The position numbers and the translations under genes were made by a program. A stretch of DNA of 62,639 nt, the filler included, from Pirum gemmata (Eukaryota): assembly GCA_002812295.1 (NCBI GenBank). It is 23 parts of 23 records of this genome, joined end to end, with 100 filler letters (N's around TTAATTAATTAA, not from the genome) between each part and the next. Parts side by side here need not be neighbours in the genome. Positions count along the whole stretch, not along the records: positions 46,820 to 51,650 come from PDIN01006295.1; positions 51,751 to 54,177 come from PDIN01006296.1; positions 54,278 to 57,574 come from PDIN01006297.1; positions 57,675 to 60,131 come from PDIN01006298.1; positions 60,232 to 62,639 come from PDIN01006299.1; 18 more parts are not named here. The stretch is one strand, 5' to 3'. The notes under the pieces are model-generated. The model was not told the DNA's origin and did no database searches. It saw nothing but the letters and a program-made list of their open reading frames with translations. Of the stretch, positions 49,158 to 62,595 are shown piece by piece (the first letter of the stretch is position 1; each line of letters begins with the position of its first letter).

Positions 49158-51147
49158 TGACTTAAAATGACCATAATAATATGATAATAATAATAAATAA
49201 NNNNNNNNNNNNNNNNTGTTGTTGTTGTTGTTGTTGTTCTTGTTCTTGTTCTTGTTCTTGTTCTTGTTCTTGTTCTTGTTCTTGTTGTTATTATTGTTGT
49301 TGTACATGTTGTTGGTATTGTTATTTTTACTGTTATAGTTATAGTTATTTTGTTGTTGTTGTTCATGTCGTCGTTGTTGTTGTTGTGGTGGTGGTGGTGG
49401 TGGTGGTGGTGGTTGTGGTGGTTGTGGTTGTGGTTGTGGTTGTAGTCGTTCTAGTTGTTGTGGTTGTTGTGGTGGTGGTGGTGATGGTGGTGGTGGTGGT
49501 GGTGGTGGTGGTTGTTGGGGATGGTGGAGTGGCGAAGGTTAATTAGGTTGTAAACTAATCGCGGTTTCATTGGCTGGTTTTTGTAGTTTGGTCCTTGTTT
49601 CAATTTTGGACCTAACATTTATTTTCGAAAGTATGATTTTACATTTTACAGCCATTAGGCCCATTACTAATACCCATTACAGACAAAAGAACTTTTTGTA
49701 TTGGACACAAAAATAATATCAAAAAATATTGCTTTATTTAGTTATGATTTTTTTTTTTTTTAAAAAAAGGAGAAGAATCCGCTAATAGAATCAATATGTT
49801 TGGTCATGTGATTAGATTTTTTAAAACCAGAAGTGGCCATAGGATAAACCTTTTTTTTTTTTTTTTTTTTTTTTTTTAGGTTCGAGTCGAACTAAAGTAA
49901 CGAGCCAAACCTAATTAAACACCTAATTCGAATTTATTTTCGAGCCAGTAATAGGCTGTTTAATGCTTGTCTTTCGAATATTTTGTTAAACTCTAGCTAG
50001 CTAGCTAGCTAGAGATAAAGCCCGAAAAACAGAAAGAATTTTTTGGATAGCTCTTTTACTCGGTTATTTTTAGTTCTTAATTAACCTAACCCTAACCCTA
50101 AGGGTCCCTAACCCTAACCCTCTAACCCTAACCCTCTAACCCTAACCCTAACCCTAACTCTATTAATTAAACCCTAACCCATATAATATGTAGACATAGA
50201 TGAGACTTCGAGTTTGCTGAGACTTTGCTCCCCTTTTCCTCTACTACTATCATAGCTAGAAAAAGGAAAATACGACCAAGCTGAATAAAAATGGTGGCAT
50301 CAGCCTTATGAGCTCAAAAATCCAAAAATTATTTCAAAAAGACGCACAAACTGCTAAATTTTGAAAAATTGTCTAACTAATAAACTCTACGATGAACCAA
50401 TTGCTATCATAGATAGGTTTTAAAAATAATTTTGGCTAGTAGTTAGTATTAAAAACTTAGTATTAAAAAAAGGTTTTTAGAAAAGAAGTCTAAAAAAAAT
50501 GATTTCTACAGTTTTATCCGGCTTATTATTAGTGTTACTATCATATAGAAAAAAAAAAAATCTTCAATTTGGACAACAACAAAAGAGAAATAATCATAGT
50601 GCTTTTCATTTGTTTTGTCATCATAAAATAAACAATAAATAGTATCAAAGTAATACAATATAAATACATTTAATTTTTAATATGGTATATTTTATTATCT
50701 ATTTATTGATTTAAAAATGTCAATTTAATTAAAGATTATAACCCTCCAAATAAATATTCAGAGTGAAAAAATAAATGAAAAGCACGATATTAATTATTTT
50801 AAAATAACAATATTATACACATGCAACGGCAACATAAAAACATCATGTGAATAAAAATATAATAGAAAAGTCGTATTTTAATATTTCAAAAATACGAATT
50901 AAACATTTATTCTACGTGTAATTTTTGTATAACTATAATACATAATTAATATATAACCTAATCCTAACCCAAACCCAAACCCAAACCCAAACCACCCTAA
51001 CCCTAACCCTAACCCTAACCCTAACCCTAACCCTAACCCTAACCCTAACCCTAACCCTAACCCTAACCCTAACCCTAACCTATCATTTTGTGGGGTTTTA
51101 ATTGATTAATTTAACTGTTTTTAATCGATATCACATTAGAGAATTAA

Positions 51148-51556
51148 TTATACTTCATTCGTATAATTATCATTATTACAAGCATACGCATCATGAACAT
51201 CCAACCCCTTCTCTTCATATTCTTCTTCTAATTCTTCTTTTTCAACTTCAATTTTCTTCATTTTTTTATACTCTCGAAATCCGAAATAATCGTAATTACG
51301 ACAACAACATGCTAGTTTAAGATGTAAAGTTATCCATACAAAGGACCACCACAATGCATTAACAAATACACCCATAACAAAAGAAATGGCGGCAGAAATA
51401 TATAATGTTCCTATTTGATTATTCCAATTTATATATGAAATATAGCCAACTAAGGCGGCCCAACCTAATAAAGTTATTAAAGTAATCGGTAAACCAACCA
51501 GTCGACCGAAGCATGTGCGCAAACAGTGTCCACAGCCACATTTTCGCTTTAAAGTT
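51148..51556 (-). CDS. Terminal exon of a membrane protein (2 predicted TM helices, Cys clusters, acidic tail)
   Basis: Acceptor catattag|; TLKRKCGCGHCLRTCFGRLVGLPITLITLLGWAALVGYI...LACCCR...EEEYEE. No family recognised. Confidence 0.65.
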
Positions 51557-51616
51557 CTAATATGTTTTGTAAAAATTCAAGAAGGAATGAGTAGATTGAT
51601 TATAGATTATATATAA

Positions 51617-51650
<34 letters not shown>

Positions 51651-53966
51651 NNNNNNNNNNNNNNNNNNNNNNNNNNNNNNNNNNNNNNNNNNNNTTAATT
51701 AATTAANNNNNNNNNNNNNNNNNNNNNNNNNNNNNNNNNNNNNNNNNNNNAAAAAAAAAAAAAAAAAAAGAAAAGAAAAAAAAAATTATCGAACTTTTCT
51801 AGAAAATTTTATTTTTCAGATTTATTTTTTGTTTGAAACAAAAAAAATAAGTACACGACCGAACAAAAAGATAGGCTTTTATAGCCGCTTTGATATCCCT
51901 TTTAAAGCACCCTTAAAAACACTACGCTACTAAGCCCTTAAACACCTGCCAACTATCGACACATAGTCTATATCATAATAATCATAATAATATTATAAAT
52001 ATAGGAAAGACCCTTCAAACCTCTATAGACTATATATCGTGCTTTTCATTTATTTTGTCACTCTGGATATTTATTTGGAGGGTTATAATATTTAAATAGA
52101 CATTTTTAACTAAATAAATAGATCATAAAAGACACCAAATTAAATTAAATGGCTCATATTGTATTAATTTGGTACTGTTTATTGTGTATAAAAGACAGTT
52201 TTTTTTTCAATAATTTATGGTTTCTGTTTCAAATGGTATCGAGCTGAAGATGTTCGGATCGAAGGGTTTACAGTTGTAAAAGCTGTCTAGCTAGCGCTAC
52301 TGTGCCTAGCTAGACACACAGTTCCTTGTAGCTAGCTACTCTAGCTACCACTAGCTAGCTAGAGAGTACTACCAGCTAGCTAATCTCTAGCTATAAATGT
52401 ACGTAGCTCTCAGGTACGTAGCTGGGCATCTGGGCATGGTAGATCAGCTGAAGTAGACTCTATAGGGTAGTCTAGCTAGTAGTAGATGTAGCTAGCTAGT
52501 CTGTTAGCTACACGTTGGGTATTTTTATTGTTAGGGTCTTCTAGCTAGTAGCTAGCTACTACTACTAGCTAGCTACTACTACTACTAGCTAGCTAGGAGG
52601 CTGGGGGTTAGACTTAGACCGGTCTATTATTAGGGTAACTAGCTAGCTAGGACCTTGGTTAGGCTGATGCTACTAGCTAGCTCTAGCTAGAGGCGAACGG
52701 GTCATTCTATAACTAGCTAGCTGGCTAGCTAGTAGCTAGCTAGTTTATAATAGTGTCTGGATAAATAAATTGAAATATTTCTTTTTTTTTTTTTTTAACT
52801 ATGATATCATATTATAAAATGGCGACATCCGCCATATGAGCTCAAAAATCCAAAAAAAAAAAATCACAAAATAATCCAGTGTTAATAAAAGTACTACCAA
52901 ACAGTTTTAAGAAAACTAACTCTATTATGAACCAATGGCTAGTTTTTAAAAATAATTTGGTTAGTTAACATTAAAGATTTTAGAAAAAAAGTCGAAAAAA
53001 AAATGATTTCTCAGTTTTATCCGGTTTGGCTGTTAAAAATATTTATCTGGAAAGAATAATATCAATTTTTTTACAAAATGCGTCCAGTCCAGACAGCTGC
53101 AGCCATCTCAAACTCATCTCAACCATTTTTGGAGCTCCACAAAACCCACAACATTCTTATTTTAAAAAATTTTTAAGAGGTGCTTGGGGTTCTACCATTG
53201 TTCTACCCCCACCCCCCAGTGCTTGGGGTTCCCTAGTTGGGGTTCCACCTTTACTTTCGGAGTGAGTACGGAGTGAGTGCCCTTACTGTGCCCTTCCATT
53301 TATTTTATTTTGTCCCTCTAAATATATTTATTGGGAGGGTTATACTCTTTACATTGACATTTTGAAATCAATACATGGATAATAAAATCATACCAAATTA
53401 AATTATGCCTACCTGTTTACAACTTTACATAGCCTAGACTACTGCTGTTAGACGATTAAAATATTAATCTTTATATATAGACCCTCTAGCTAGGTCTATA
53501 CCGGTATACAATCATATACTTCAAAGTTACTTCGATTTCTTTTGTCAAATAAGTAACATTCGGAAAATAAATGCAGCGTCATTTTGTTAGTACAGCGTGA
53601 AATTACTTCGTCAAATATATATATATATTGATATTCAGGTTTGTAACATTTATAGTAAATGTCTCTTGAAGAGCAACTCATTCTTCTTCTTTCTGGATTA
53701 GAAACCAAAGCATAGGTACCCCAAACTTGAACGTTTGTCAATTTAGGAACCGAATTATATCGGTAATTAAGCTTTATTATAAAACCTTATTAGCGTGTTA
53801 TTAATAGTGCACGTGATTGATGTTCTTATTCAATATTGTTAAATTAATATAAAATTAATACACGATAATTTTGATATGAATATTTTACATTAATATTAAA
53901 TATATTGACATCCGAAATAATTTAGATAAGAATTATATTAATATACATGTACAACAACAACAACAA

Positions 53967-54013
<47 letters not shown>

Positions 54014-54277
54014 TAGTATACGTATAATAACAATATATATAACAATATAATTATCGATAATTAAATGAGCTGACCAGGCCTTATGCCTGGAGCAGCCCAA
54101 AAATATGTATAAATAAAAAAAAAAAAATTAAATACTAGATTAAATATAAATATAAATAACCAGTTTATAAATTATAANNNNNNNNNNNNNNNNNNNNNNN
54201 NNNNNNNNNNNNNNNNNNNNNTTAATTAATTAANNNNNNNNNNNNNNNNNNNNNNNNNNNNNNNNNNNNNNNNNNNN

Positions 54278-54309
<32 letters not shown>

Positions 54310-54421
54310 CACTGATACACTTATGTTTACGAAAATAGTACCATTATTAACAATATTATTACAAATGATAGCAAACAAAAATAAAACATCCAACAAACAT
54401 TTACAACAAAAAGCCATTTAC

Positions 54422-54830
54422 CTATTCAAACGGTAGCAGCGTGTATCATAACCTGCACCAAGAATGACAAGTTGTAGATTTTGATTACCATCGAACGAAC
54501 CACCAAAAGTAGAAACTACATCATCAAGAAAACAAGTTCTTGTGTGCATCAAATTAATAGGAGATAGATAGGTTGGCGAGTCTATACTTTTAAACTTTTT
54601 CAACCACTCATCTAACCATATATAGAAGTAGGAATAGCCAATTGAGAGAACGTGCAATCCTAAATTGAGATTTACATGGGTAAAAAAGGGGAAAATAGAA
54701 CTACTATTGAACAAAAGGCTCTTTAACATGTCCGAAGCTAAATAATCAGAGCCAAAACCCATTTTATGAAGAAGGCCACGGTAATATAATACTCCTTTAG
54801 CTGTGACACTACCCCTTTTGTAGGATCTTT
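54422..54830 (-). CDS. Exon of an LCM-family (ML2640/TIGR00027-type) SAM-dependent methyltransferase
   Basis: GSVTAKGVLYYR...D.LA...RTCFLDDVV...QLVILGAGYDTRCYRL; gtaaat donor at 54421; 5' boundary approximate. Confidence 0.88.
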
Positions 54831-55749
54831 CTTGTTATTATTATTATCAATATTATTTTTAATAGCATTAGTACTATTATTATTAGTGTTAGATTAGTGT
54901 AGTGTTCGTATTAGTGTGGGTGTTATTAGTATTGGTATTAGTATTGCTGGCATAAGTATTAGTATTATTAATATCAGTATTATTGGTAATAATATTGTTA
55001 GTATTAGTATTAGTATTATTAATATTAGTATTATTATTTTTTTATTATTTGTTATTTATTATTAATTATTATTTAGATATTATTAATTATTAATTATTTT
55101 TNACATTTTATAGTAATTTAAGTCAAATTTTCAATTTTTGCCGTACCCTAGGTTGGTATTAGTATTATGACGTCATGTCATCCCTCCTATTCATAGACTA
55201 AAGCCAACAAAACAAAATGAAAAAAAAAACATTCCAACTTTGATATTGGTTCCCACTTCATTTTTGGGCATCTCAAAATAAAAAAATTAAATATTAAATT
55301 GTATCAAATTAATAAATAGGTATGACATATTTGTAATTTGGCTATTTTAATTTTATTTTTAGTTGTTAAATTATTATTTTGGTAGTTTTAATCTAAATAG
55401 TTGGCCCTTTTTAATGAAATATTTTAAATAATGAAATGTAGCCAATTAGAAAAAAGTGTCCATTATAATGATATAAAAAGATAATTTGGTAGTTTTTAAT
55501 TTTATTTATTTACTTTTGTTTTTTTTTTGATAAAATGATGAGCTGCGATTCGATAAAATAACTCAAACAGTTCTAACTAGCTAGCTAGTCTATCTGATAG
55601 CTAGCTAGAGCTACTTAGGCCTAGCTCTAGCTAGCTAGTTATCATACATAACAGTTCTAGCTAGCTACTGTCTAGCTAGTGTCTCCCTAACCCTAGCCAT
55701 ACCCCTTACCCCTAACCCTAACCCTAAACCCTAAGCCTAACCCTAAACC

Positions 55750-55783
<34 letters not shown>

Positions 55784-56469
55784 GACCAGAGCCAGCTAGC
55801 TACTAGCTAGCTAAAAATAACAAAGAAAAATATCAAGGACTTCAGGTTCTTTTTTTGAAGTCCTTGAAAATATGCAAAAAAATCTATGATATAATAACTG
55901 ATATAATTATCATATATGATAGAAAAAAAAAAAAATCCCTGTAGCTACAGTGTAGCTACAGAGTATATTATTACAGTATTATTACGTAATTTTTTGTTGA
56001 CAGGGCGTTCAAATAATACGTCACGTCAAGGGGTAGGTAGGTAGGTGGTATTTGACCGCCGAGAGGTAGGTAGGAAGGGGTATTTGAAGCTGTAGTCGAC
56101 CGCCGAAAATTGGCGTTACGTAGAATTTGAATGTTCCCTTACATTTTTTATATTGTATTTATTTGGTACTATTTATAGCTCTATTTATTGTATATTTGAA
56201 CTCCGACAAAGAACCATAGGTAGGGGAGCGTTCAATAATTACGTAACGGGGGTAGTGGGGTGGGGTCGGATTTTCGTGACTCATTGTGACGCACGTGGAT
56301 AGGTGGATATTCGTAATATTACGTAACGCAAAAATATAATAAAATATACCAATTAACTAAAATGGATATTTTATTATGACAAAATAAGTGAAAAGCACTG
56401 TAATTAATTAAAACTTAAAAGTATGATAAATATCTGATAGACTATAGACTACCTGTTCATTCGATAGAA

Positions 56470-57453
56470 GAGACATGAAGATTTCAGCATTAACACTTCT
56501 CAACTCATCGTTAGTATTGATGATTTACAGAGAATGTCTTCTGTATTCGAAGAAGAATTCTGTCAACACGGTAACCTTTTTATGAGAGTCAGATTTTTCT
56601 AATAAAGGTTGGATTCAAGAGAAATTAATTGAAAAAGAGGCAATGAATAAAGAAGTAATTAACGCTATTTTGTTAATTAACAGGTAAAACCAATTAGCAG
56701 CCTTTAGAAATAGTGAAAAATACAATATTAATAATAGATTGAACTTTTAAAAAATATTAATAATAGAAATGAAGTGGAGGACAATCAACTTAAAAAGCAT
56801 ATTATGACGATATAAAAAATATATTGCTAACGAGCGAAAACAATTGCAAATTAGTAAAAATAGAGATAAATAAATATCAAGAAATAATTGGTATATTAAT
56901 ATATATCGGTAGGGCAAGCTCGTATGCAATCGAAGCAATTTATAACCACATTGATAGCGACAATTTGAACACGGTGTTACATATGGTGCAAATCTCATTC
57001 AGAGCAAGGAAGATCTATTAGGGAAACTCGATAGGGTGACCATAGGGGCAAAGGAAGGAGAATGCAAATCTGTCGGAATATTACCTTGGGTAATGAGTGA
57101 ACCCGAACCCCACTGAGAATAAAAGGAGAATAATATATCTCATATTAATATATGTTAGTTTATCTAAAAACTATTTATCACATGTAATAACAGTTTTCAG
57201 AGTGAGCATGTAGAGTTGACTTACATAATATTTATGAGAAACAAATATATGATTTCATTCTTGTGATTTTTTTTTATTCATTTATATCATACGTGATTTG
57301 TTACTCTGCCAGGTGGTGGCCTGTTCAGGGCTACGGGTGTCACCCCGGCAATGGCCGGGTCTAGCACCCTTCTGTTCAGTCCATTGGTTATTGAAAGGTA
57401 TAAATGATGTGCTCGAAGCTTAAACACAACGGTATAATATATTATAAATAAAT

Positions 57454-57484
<31 letters not shown>
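56470..57484 (+). mobile_element. Possible decayed 3' end of a non-LTR retrotransposon (interrupted coding-like purine-rich segment, structured 3' region, AATAAA plus A30)
   Basis: Stop- and frameshift-riddled coding-like sequence ending near a C-x2-C-like remnant (about 57060), GC-rich hairpins at 57316-57369, AATAAA at 57447 and poly(A) at 57455-57484. No RT motif seen. Confidence 0.3.
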
Positions 57485-57487
<3 letters not shown>

Positions 57488-58140
57488 ATAACAAAATTTT
57501 ATTGTAAAAATTGGTGTCGAGTGACCAGGTCACAGAGACACCAGCGTCATCTTCCTTGATGAGCAAATATATAANNNNNNNNNNNNNNNNNNNNNNNNNN
57601 NNNNNNNNNNNNNNNNNNTTAATTAATTAANNNNNNNNNNNNNNNNNNNNNNNNNNNNNNNNNNNNNNNNNNNNCATTTAATTTGGTATATTTTATTATC
57701 TATATATTCATTTAAGAATGTCAATTTAAATATTATAACTAGCTAATTATAACCAACCAAATAAATATTTGGAGGGAAAAAATAAATGAAAAGCACTATA
57801 CTATTCAAATGATGATGATGATGGATATGGAAAATACGTTATAGAAAAATATGTACAAGTACAATAGCAAGAAGGCATTTTTTTAAAAAACTTTTCGTCT
57901 AAAGTATAGTATATATAACAGAAGAAAAATAATAACAAAAAAATGTTTTATTATTAAAAAAAATTAATAATTATTTTTTTTAAAAAATTTTGATCAAGAA
58001 ATTTTATTATTTTATTTTGCCGAATTAAAAATATAAAGGAAGATAATATAAAGAACGATAACAAAAAAAAAAGTATTACTAAATAAATATTTTTATTTTA
58101 TTACTAGCTTTTTTTATTATTATAAAATTTTATTATGAAG

Positions 58141-58506
58141 TATTTCGTATTTACAATTGCCATGGCGGCTTTCCAGGTTTAAATTTAAACCCATTGGAAG
58201 TTGGAGCAATGTCCCACCGATCAAGAAATATAATTACCCAAGTGGAATGTAACGCTTTAACTAATGTAGCAGCCGCAGAAGTTAATTATGGAATGATGAA
58301 AAGGGGGTATCCAGCTGTAAACAATGATTTTATTTGGGAAATAATTTGGCGAAGATTAGCAGAGTCACATTTTCAATTTTTTAGAGAAACGAGTAAGTAA
58401 TATTTTAGTTGTATAATATTTTTATATATAGTACTAGTCACTGTAACGTGACACACACACATATATATATATTATCAACGTTAATAAGAGTATTTACATT
58501 CTTATG

Positions 58507-58543
<37 letters not shown>

Positions 58544-59774
58544 TATAAATATAATAATATTATATACTATTATATTATAATCGCATACATTCTTGTCATT
58601 CATCAATTTGAAAGATTATATATTTTTATTCATTACTTTACAAACCTAATTATGATTTATTTTTTTATAATATGAAATATATTATATAGCTGAAGAATTC
58701 GATGCAAAAGAGGAAAATAAAAAAAGATTATCCGAAAACCCTGAAGATTATGTTAAAGCTGATCCTAATTTACGTCAGAAAGATGAAGACTGGTTAAAAA
58801 AGTTACAAGCTATAGATGATAAAGTACCAATGTGCGAAAACAAACTACTTTTACAGGAATATTTAATAAATTATTTTGAGAAAAAGCCCAATGACAATTT
58901 TAGAATTAAATTTGATGAAATAAGCGAAGTTCAATTTCAAAATGACCTTTATTCTTCAATGCAAACAGATGTCCTTTTCCATGGCTTTTTTCAATTCTTG
59001 GTACAAGATGGTATAAACAGACAAATATTAAAATTAACTAGCAGGTTTATTAGTGATTCCCGAACAAATTATGTTCTTGCTCACACCAATCCATACGAAG
59101 ACGCACTTGCAGCTACAGTATGGAGAAATGACATGTCACCTTTTATCTCACAGTATTTCCCCCAGGAATTTCCAGATGATCAAGATCCAGTTCAATATCG
59201 CAGAATATATCAAATGGCTCTGTATTACAATTATATCGAAAATCTGGCTAAAGCGGTAGGGGTTGAAATTCGAAAATGGTTCGATGACACACTGAAACTT
59301 ACCAACATGTGTAAGGAAAACCATTACCATGATTGCTGGGAATACACGACATCGGATGAAATAATGTCATATATGCCACAGACTGCAGCCGAATATGAGC
59401 AAACTTTACCAACAAAACAATTCAAATCATACACGGATATAATGAAGGGCACAGGAAATTATAGAACAATTTTTGAAAGAGATTTCTTAACATTGATGTT
59501 AAGTTTAACTGCAAATTATCGATTAGAGTTATTGGTAAAAGTAAACGAACAAATAGAAAGGTATTATAATGGCAAAATGGACGCGAGGGAGATTGAAGAT
59601 CATTTCGTTGATCATGAGTGGTTGTGGAATTTCTTAATTAAAATTCAAATAAAACAAGTGTTAAAGCTTGATTTACATCAAGTGGTATCTTACGCCATAA
59701 ACTCTTCAAAATCAAAAATAAGCTTGTGTAGTAGTGCAAGAAGGGTTAAGAGTACGAGAAACTCGCCTTGTTAA
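58141..59774 (+). CDS. Unknown protein, last two exons (about 58141-58392, 58690-59774)
   Basis: gtaagt donor at 58393 and tatag acceptor at 58689 join in phase; more than 440 aa of high-complexity sequence with no recognised domain; 5' boundary uncertain. Confidence 0.8.
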
Positions 59775-60231
59775 ATGACCAATCAATAATGAACAAACAA
59801 TTATTTTCGCCTAGATATTTTCACTATGTTTTTTTAAAAAAAATTAATAGCTATATTAATACAACTGTAGAAATTATTTTTTTAAGACTTCAACCCTTTG
59901 TTTTTTAAAAAAACTTTATCTTAATTAATAACACCTATATGAGTTTATATATTTATATAAATACAAACTCTGTATTTTTATTTTTATTTATTAATTTTTT
60001 TTTAATTTTTTTCCTTTTATATATAGCTATTAATATAATATTATCGATAATATAGAAATATATAAATTGAAAGGGTTTAAACTTTATAATATACAAAGAC
60101 TTACAAAGCCTATTATTATTATTATTAATTANNNNNNNNNNNNNNNNNNNNNNNNNNNNNNNNNNNNNNNNNNNNTTAATTAATTAANNNNNNNNNNNNN
60201 NNNNNNNNNNNNNNNNNNNNNNNNNNNNNNN

Positions 60232-60270
<39 letters not shown>

Positions 60271-61773
60271 TCGAAATCGTAGAAGGTAAAATAAACAGGA
60301 AAAAAAAGAGTGAAAAAAATGATAAAACTGAAATGGAAGAAGAATCGCTTTATCATGAGGTAACTTCTGTTGTGAAAGGAAAACAGAAATCAGGTGTACC
60401 AAAGCCCCCTGATTATCTACCGCCTCCACCTCCCCCAGACTGTGACATACCAATCCAAAAAAGAGCAAGATCCAACACAACTTCTACAAGGATGTCTTCA
60501 AATATGTTAATGAATCCACTCCTTGATCGATTGTTACCAGCCACTCCGGCTAATATTAAGGAAAGGTCAATGACTGTAGATAACTCTCAGTTTAAGCCGC
60601 ACGGTAAGCAACTAGAGGGTACCTATGCTAGTACAGACGAAGTCTCTTATGAAATTGTTAACCATAATAAGAAGAAACAAAAACACCAAAGTCTAGACTC
60701 TGTTTTATCGAAAAATATGCCGGTCCCCGGAAAGCAAAAGAGAAGCAGAAGTCATACGATCAGTACAGCCAGTCCTCGAAATGATGTGTTATTCGATAGG
60801 AGGGCTGGCTTTCGTAAAGAGGTAAGAAAAAAAGATTCCAGGGAGGTGAGTGGTGATATTGCTATTAAAAACACTAATTCATCTTTTGAGATGTGCGATT
60901 CGACTAATGATATAGTCTGTAACCTCAGTGCTACAAATGTGCCAGAAAATACTTTTAGCAGGAAGTTTATTTCCGATTTAACGAGCAGAAACTCCTTCAC
61001 CTCGTTAAGCGCTGAACAACTAAAGGGTGTAAGTAATAAAAAGCTAAGTACTTCGCTCGATTTTATTGATCATAAGTTAAATAAAGAGTTGGATTTTGTT
61101 CCGGGTCCCGTGCCTGGTTTTCTACCTCCTCCTCCAGTACCGACTGTTGCTTTAAGCTCGAAAGTGTATGATGATGTTAGTGCACTGCAGAGTCTTTCCA
61201 AAAGCTTAGCCAGCGAAACTAAGGAAGAAGAAGAAGAAGAAGAAGATTATTACATCCCTTTAGGAACTTTAAAAGGAATTAAATTGGTGAATGATTCTCT
61301 TGATGCGGAGCTTCAAAATAATAAAGTAGATGCTTTAAATTCAGTATATGATGCTTCCCTAACGAATAGTTCAACACAGCATAAAGTACCCGAATTAAAC
61401 AAAAGCTTCCCAGTGAAGGTTGGCAGTGATAAGAGAAGTGACTATTACATTAAAGTGCAAGACTTGGTTAATATTATGAAAAGTCTCAAGGGGCCTAGAA
61501 CAGATATCATCCACAGCCAGAGGGCCAATGAAGAAAAAGGTGATTTGCCTGGAACTGGAAGTAACGACGATTTATATGTTTATTATAAAACTGATAAAGG
61601 CAGCATTTTAAATGTCGATATTGATTTCGAAGGGGAAGGTAAAATAGAGTTTGACAGTATATATAGCGAGTTTAGCGAGCTTACTGATTCGGCAAAAGAT
61701 GACGATTATGAACTTTACGCTGAGGTCAAATCCGTGAGCTCAGAGAATTTTGTTGGAAAACAGGACATTATAG
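60232..61773 (+). CDS. Large exon of a disordered Pro/Ser-rich protein with acidic Tyr motifs (open from the gap; probable donor at 61774)
   Basis: More than 500 open codons; PPPPP tracts; EESLYHEV, EEDYYIPL, DDLYVYY, DSIYSEF and DDYELYAEV motifs; the poly-Leu tail of the ORF track is the (TTA)n intron start. Confidence 0.8.
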
Positions 61774-61782
61774 GTTTCTTTC

Positions 61783-61831
<49 letters not shown>

Positions 61832-61852
61832 GAATATTATTAAATATTAAAC

Positions 61853-62595
61853 CTGTAAATTTTTTCAAGCAACCAGAAAACCAAACTGCCTTTTCTTCTT
61901 CCGTTTGATCATCTACGACATCCCATTTTACACGTACTAAAGCACCTTCTTTAATACCTTAATAAATAAGTTAAGCAAAGTTATCAAAACAATGATTGCG
62001 AAGAGTTGTGATTACGGTTGTGATTGGGGTTGGGGTTGGGGTTGGGGTTGGGGTTGGGAATAAATACCTTGTTTTTCATAAAGTTCTCCTGGTACGTCCG
62101 AGGAAGTTGAATCAGACGAGGATGCAACTGTTTCTGAATTATCTTTATTGGGGATTTCTTGTTCATCTTTTTTACTTACTTCACCCTTTTGCTCTAATTC
62201 TAATTCGTTTTGGCTTGCTTCGTGTTTTAAATGTTGTTTTACTTCTGTAGTTATTATTGGGTTTGGTTTTGTCTCTTCTACAATTACCACATTTATTTCC
62301 TCCCCTTCTTCTTTTTCTTGCTCTTTTGTTTCATCCTTTTCTTTTTCTTCTTTTTCTACTTTTTTTACTTCTTGTTCTTTTATTTCTTTTTTCTTTTCGC
62401 TTTGCTCGTCTTCTTGTGATTTGGAATGTCTAGTTTCGGTTGAGTCTTCTCCATCTAATTTTAAGCGTTTGGATTTATCGATTTCAGTAAAACCATCGGG
62501 TGAATCATTGCTTATACCAGTGATAGTAGCAGTAGGTTCCTGAACTATTGTATCTGTAGAACTTTCATTTGCCAATCGCTTTTCTGGATTTTTGC
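61853..62595 (-). CDS. Two internal exons (62595-62068, 61957-61853): Glu/Lys-rich region followed by a Tudor/SH3-like beta segment
   Basis: In-phase splice ...GELYEKQ|GIKEGALVRVKWDVVDDQTEEEKAVWFSGCLKKFT|gtttaa; the intervening 110-bp intron contains (CCCCAA)n. Confidence 0.72.

Noticed and set aside
48877..49307. N-terminal 140 aa of the 404-aa ORF
   Set aside because: Low-complexity intron sequence spanning an N gap; the real exon begins at the acceptor at 48877.
53496..53741. 81-aa ORF with CT...TLHLFSEC, reminiscent of a LINE zinc-knuckle remnant
   Set aside because: Too short and degenerate, with no RT or endonuclease motif nearby; not supportable without a profile search.
57306..57340. 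Loose resemblance to the 5' end of SRP/7SL (Alu domain) RNA
   Set aside because: Only scattered matches and no SRP S-domain downstream; kept only as an unassigned structured segment.
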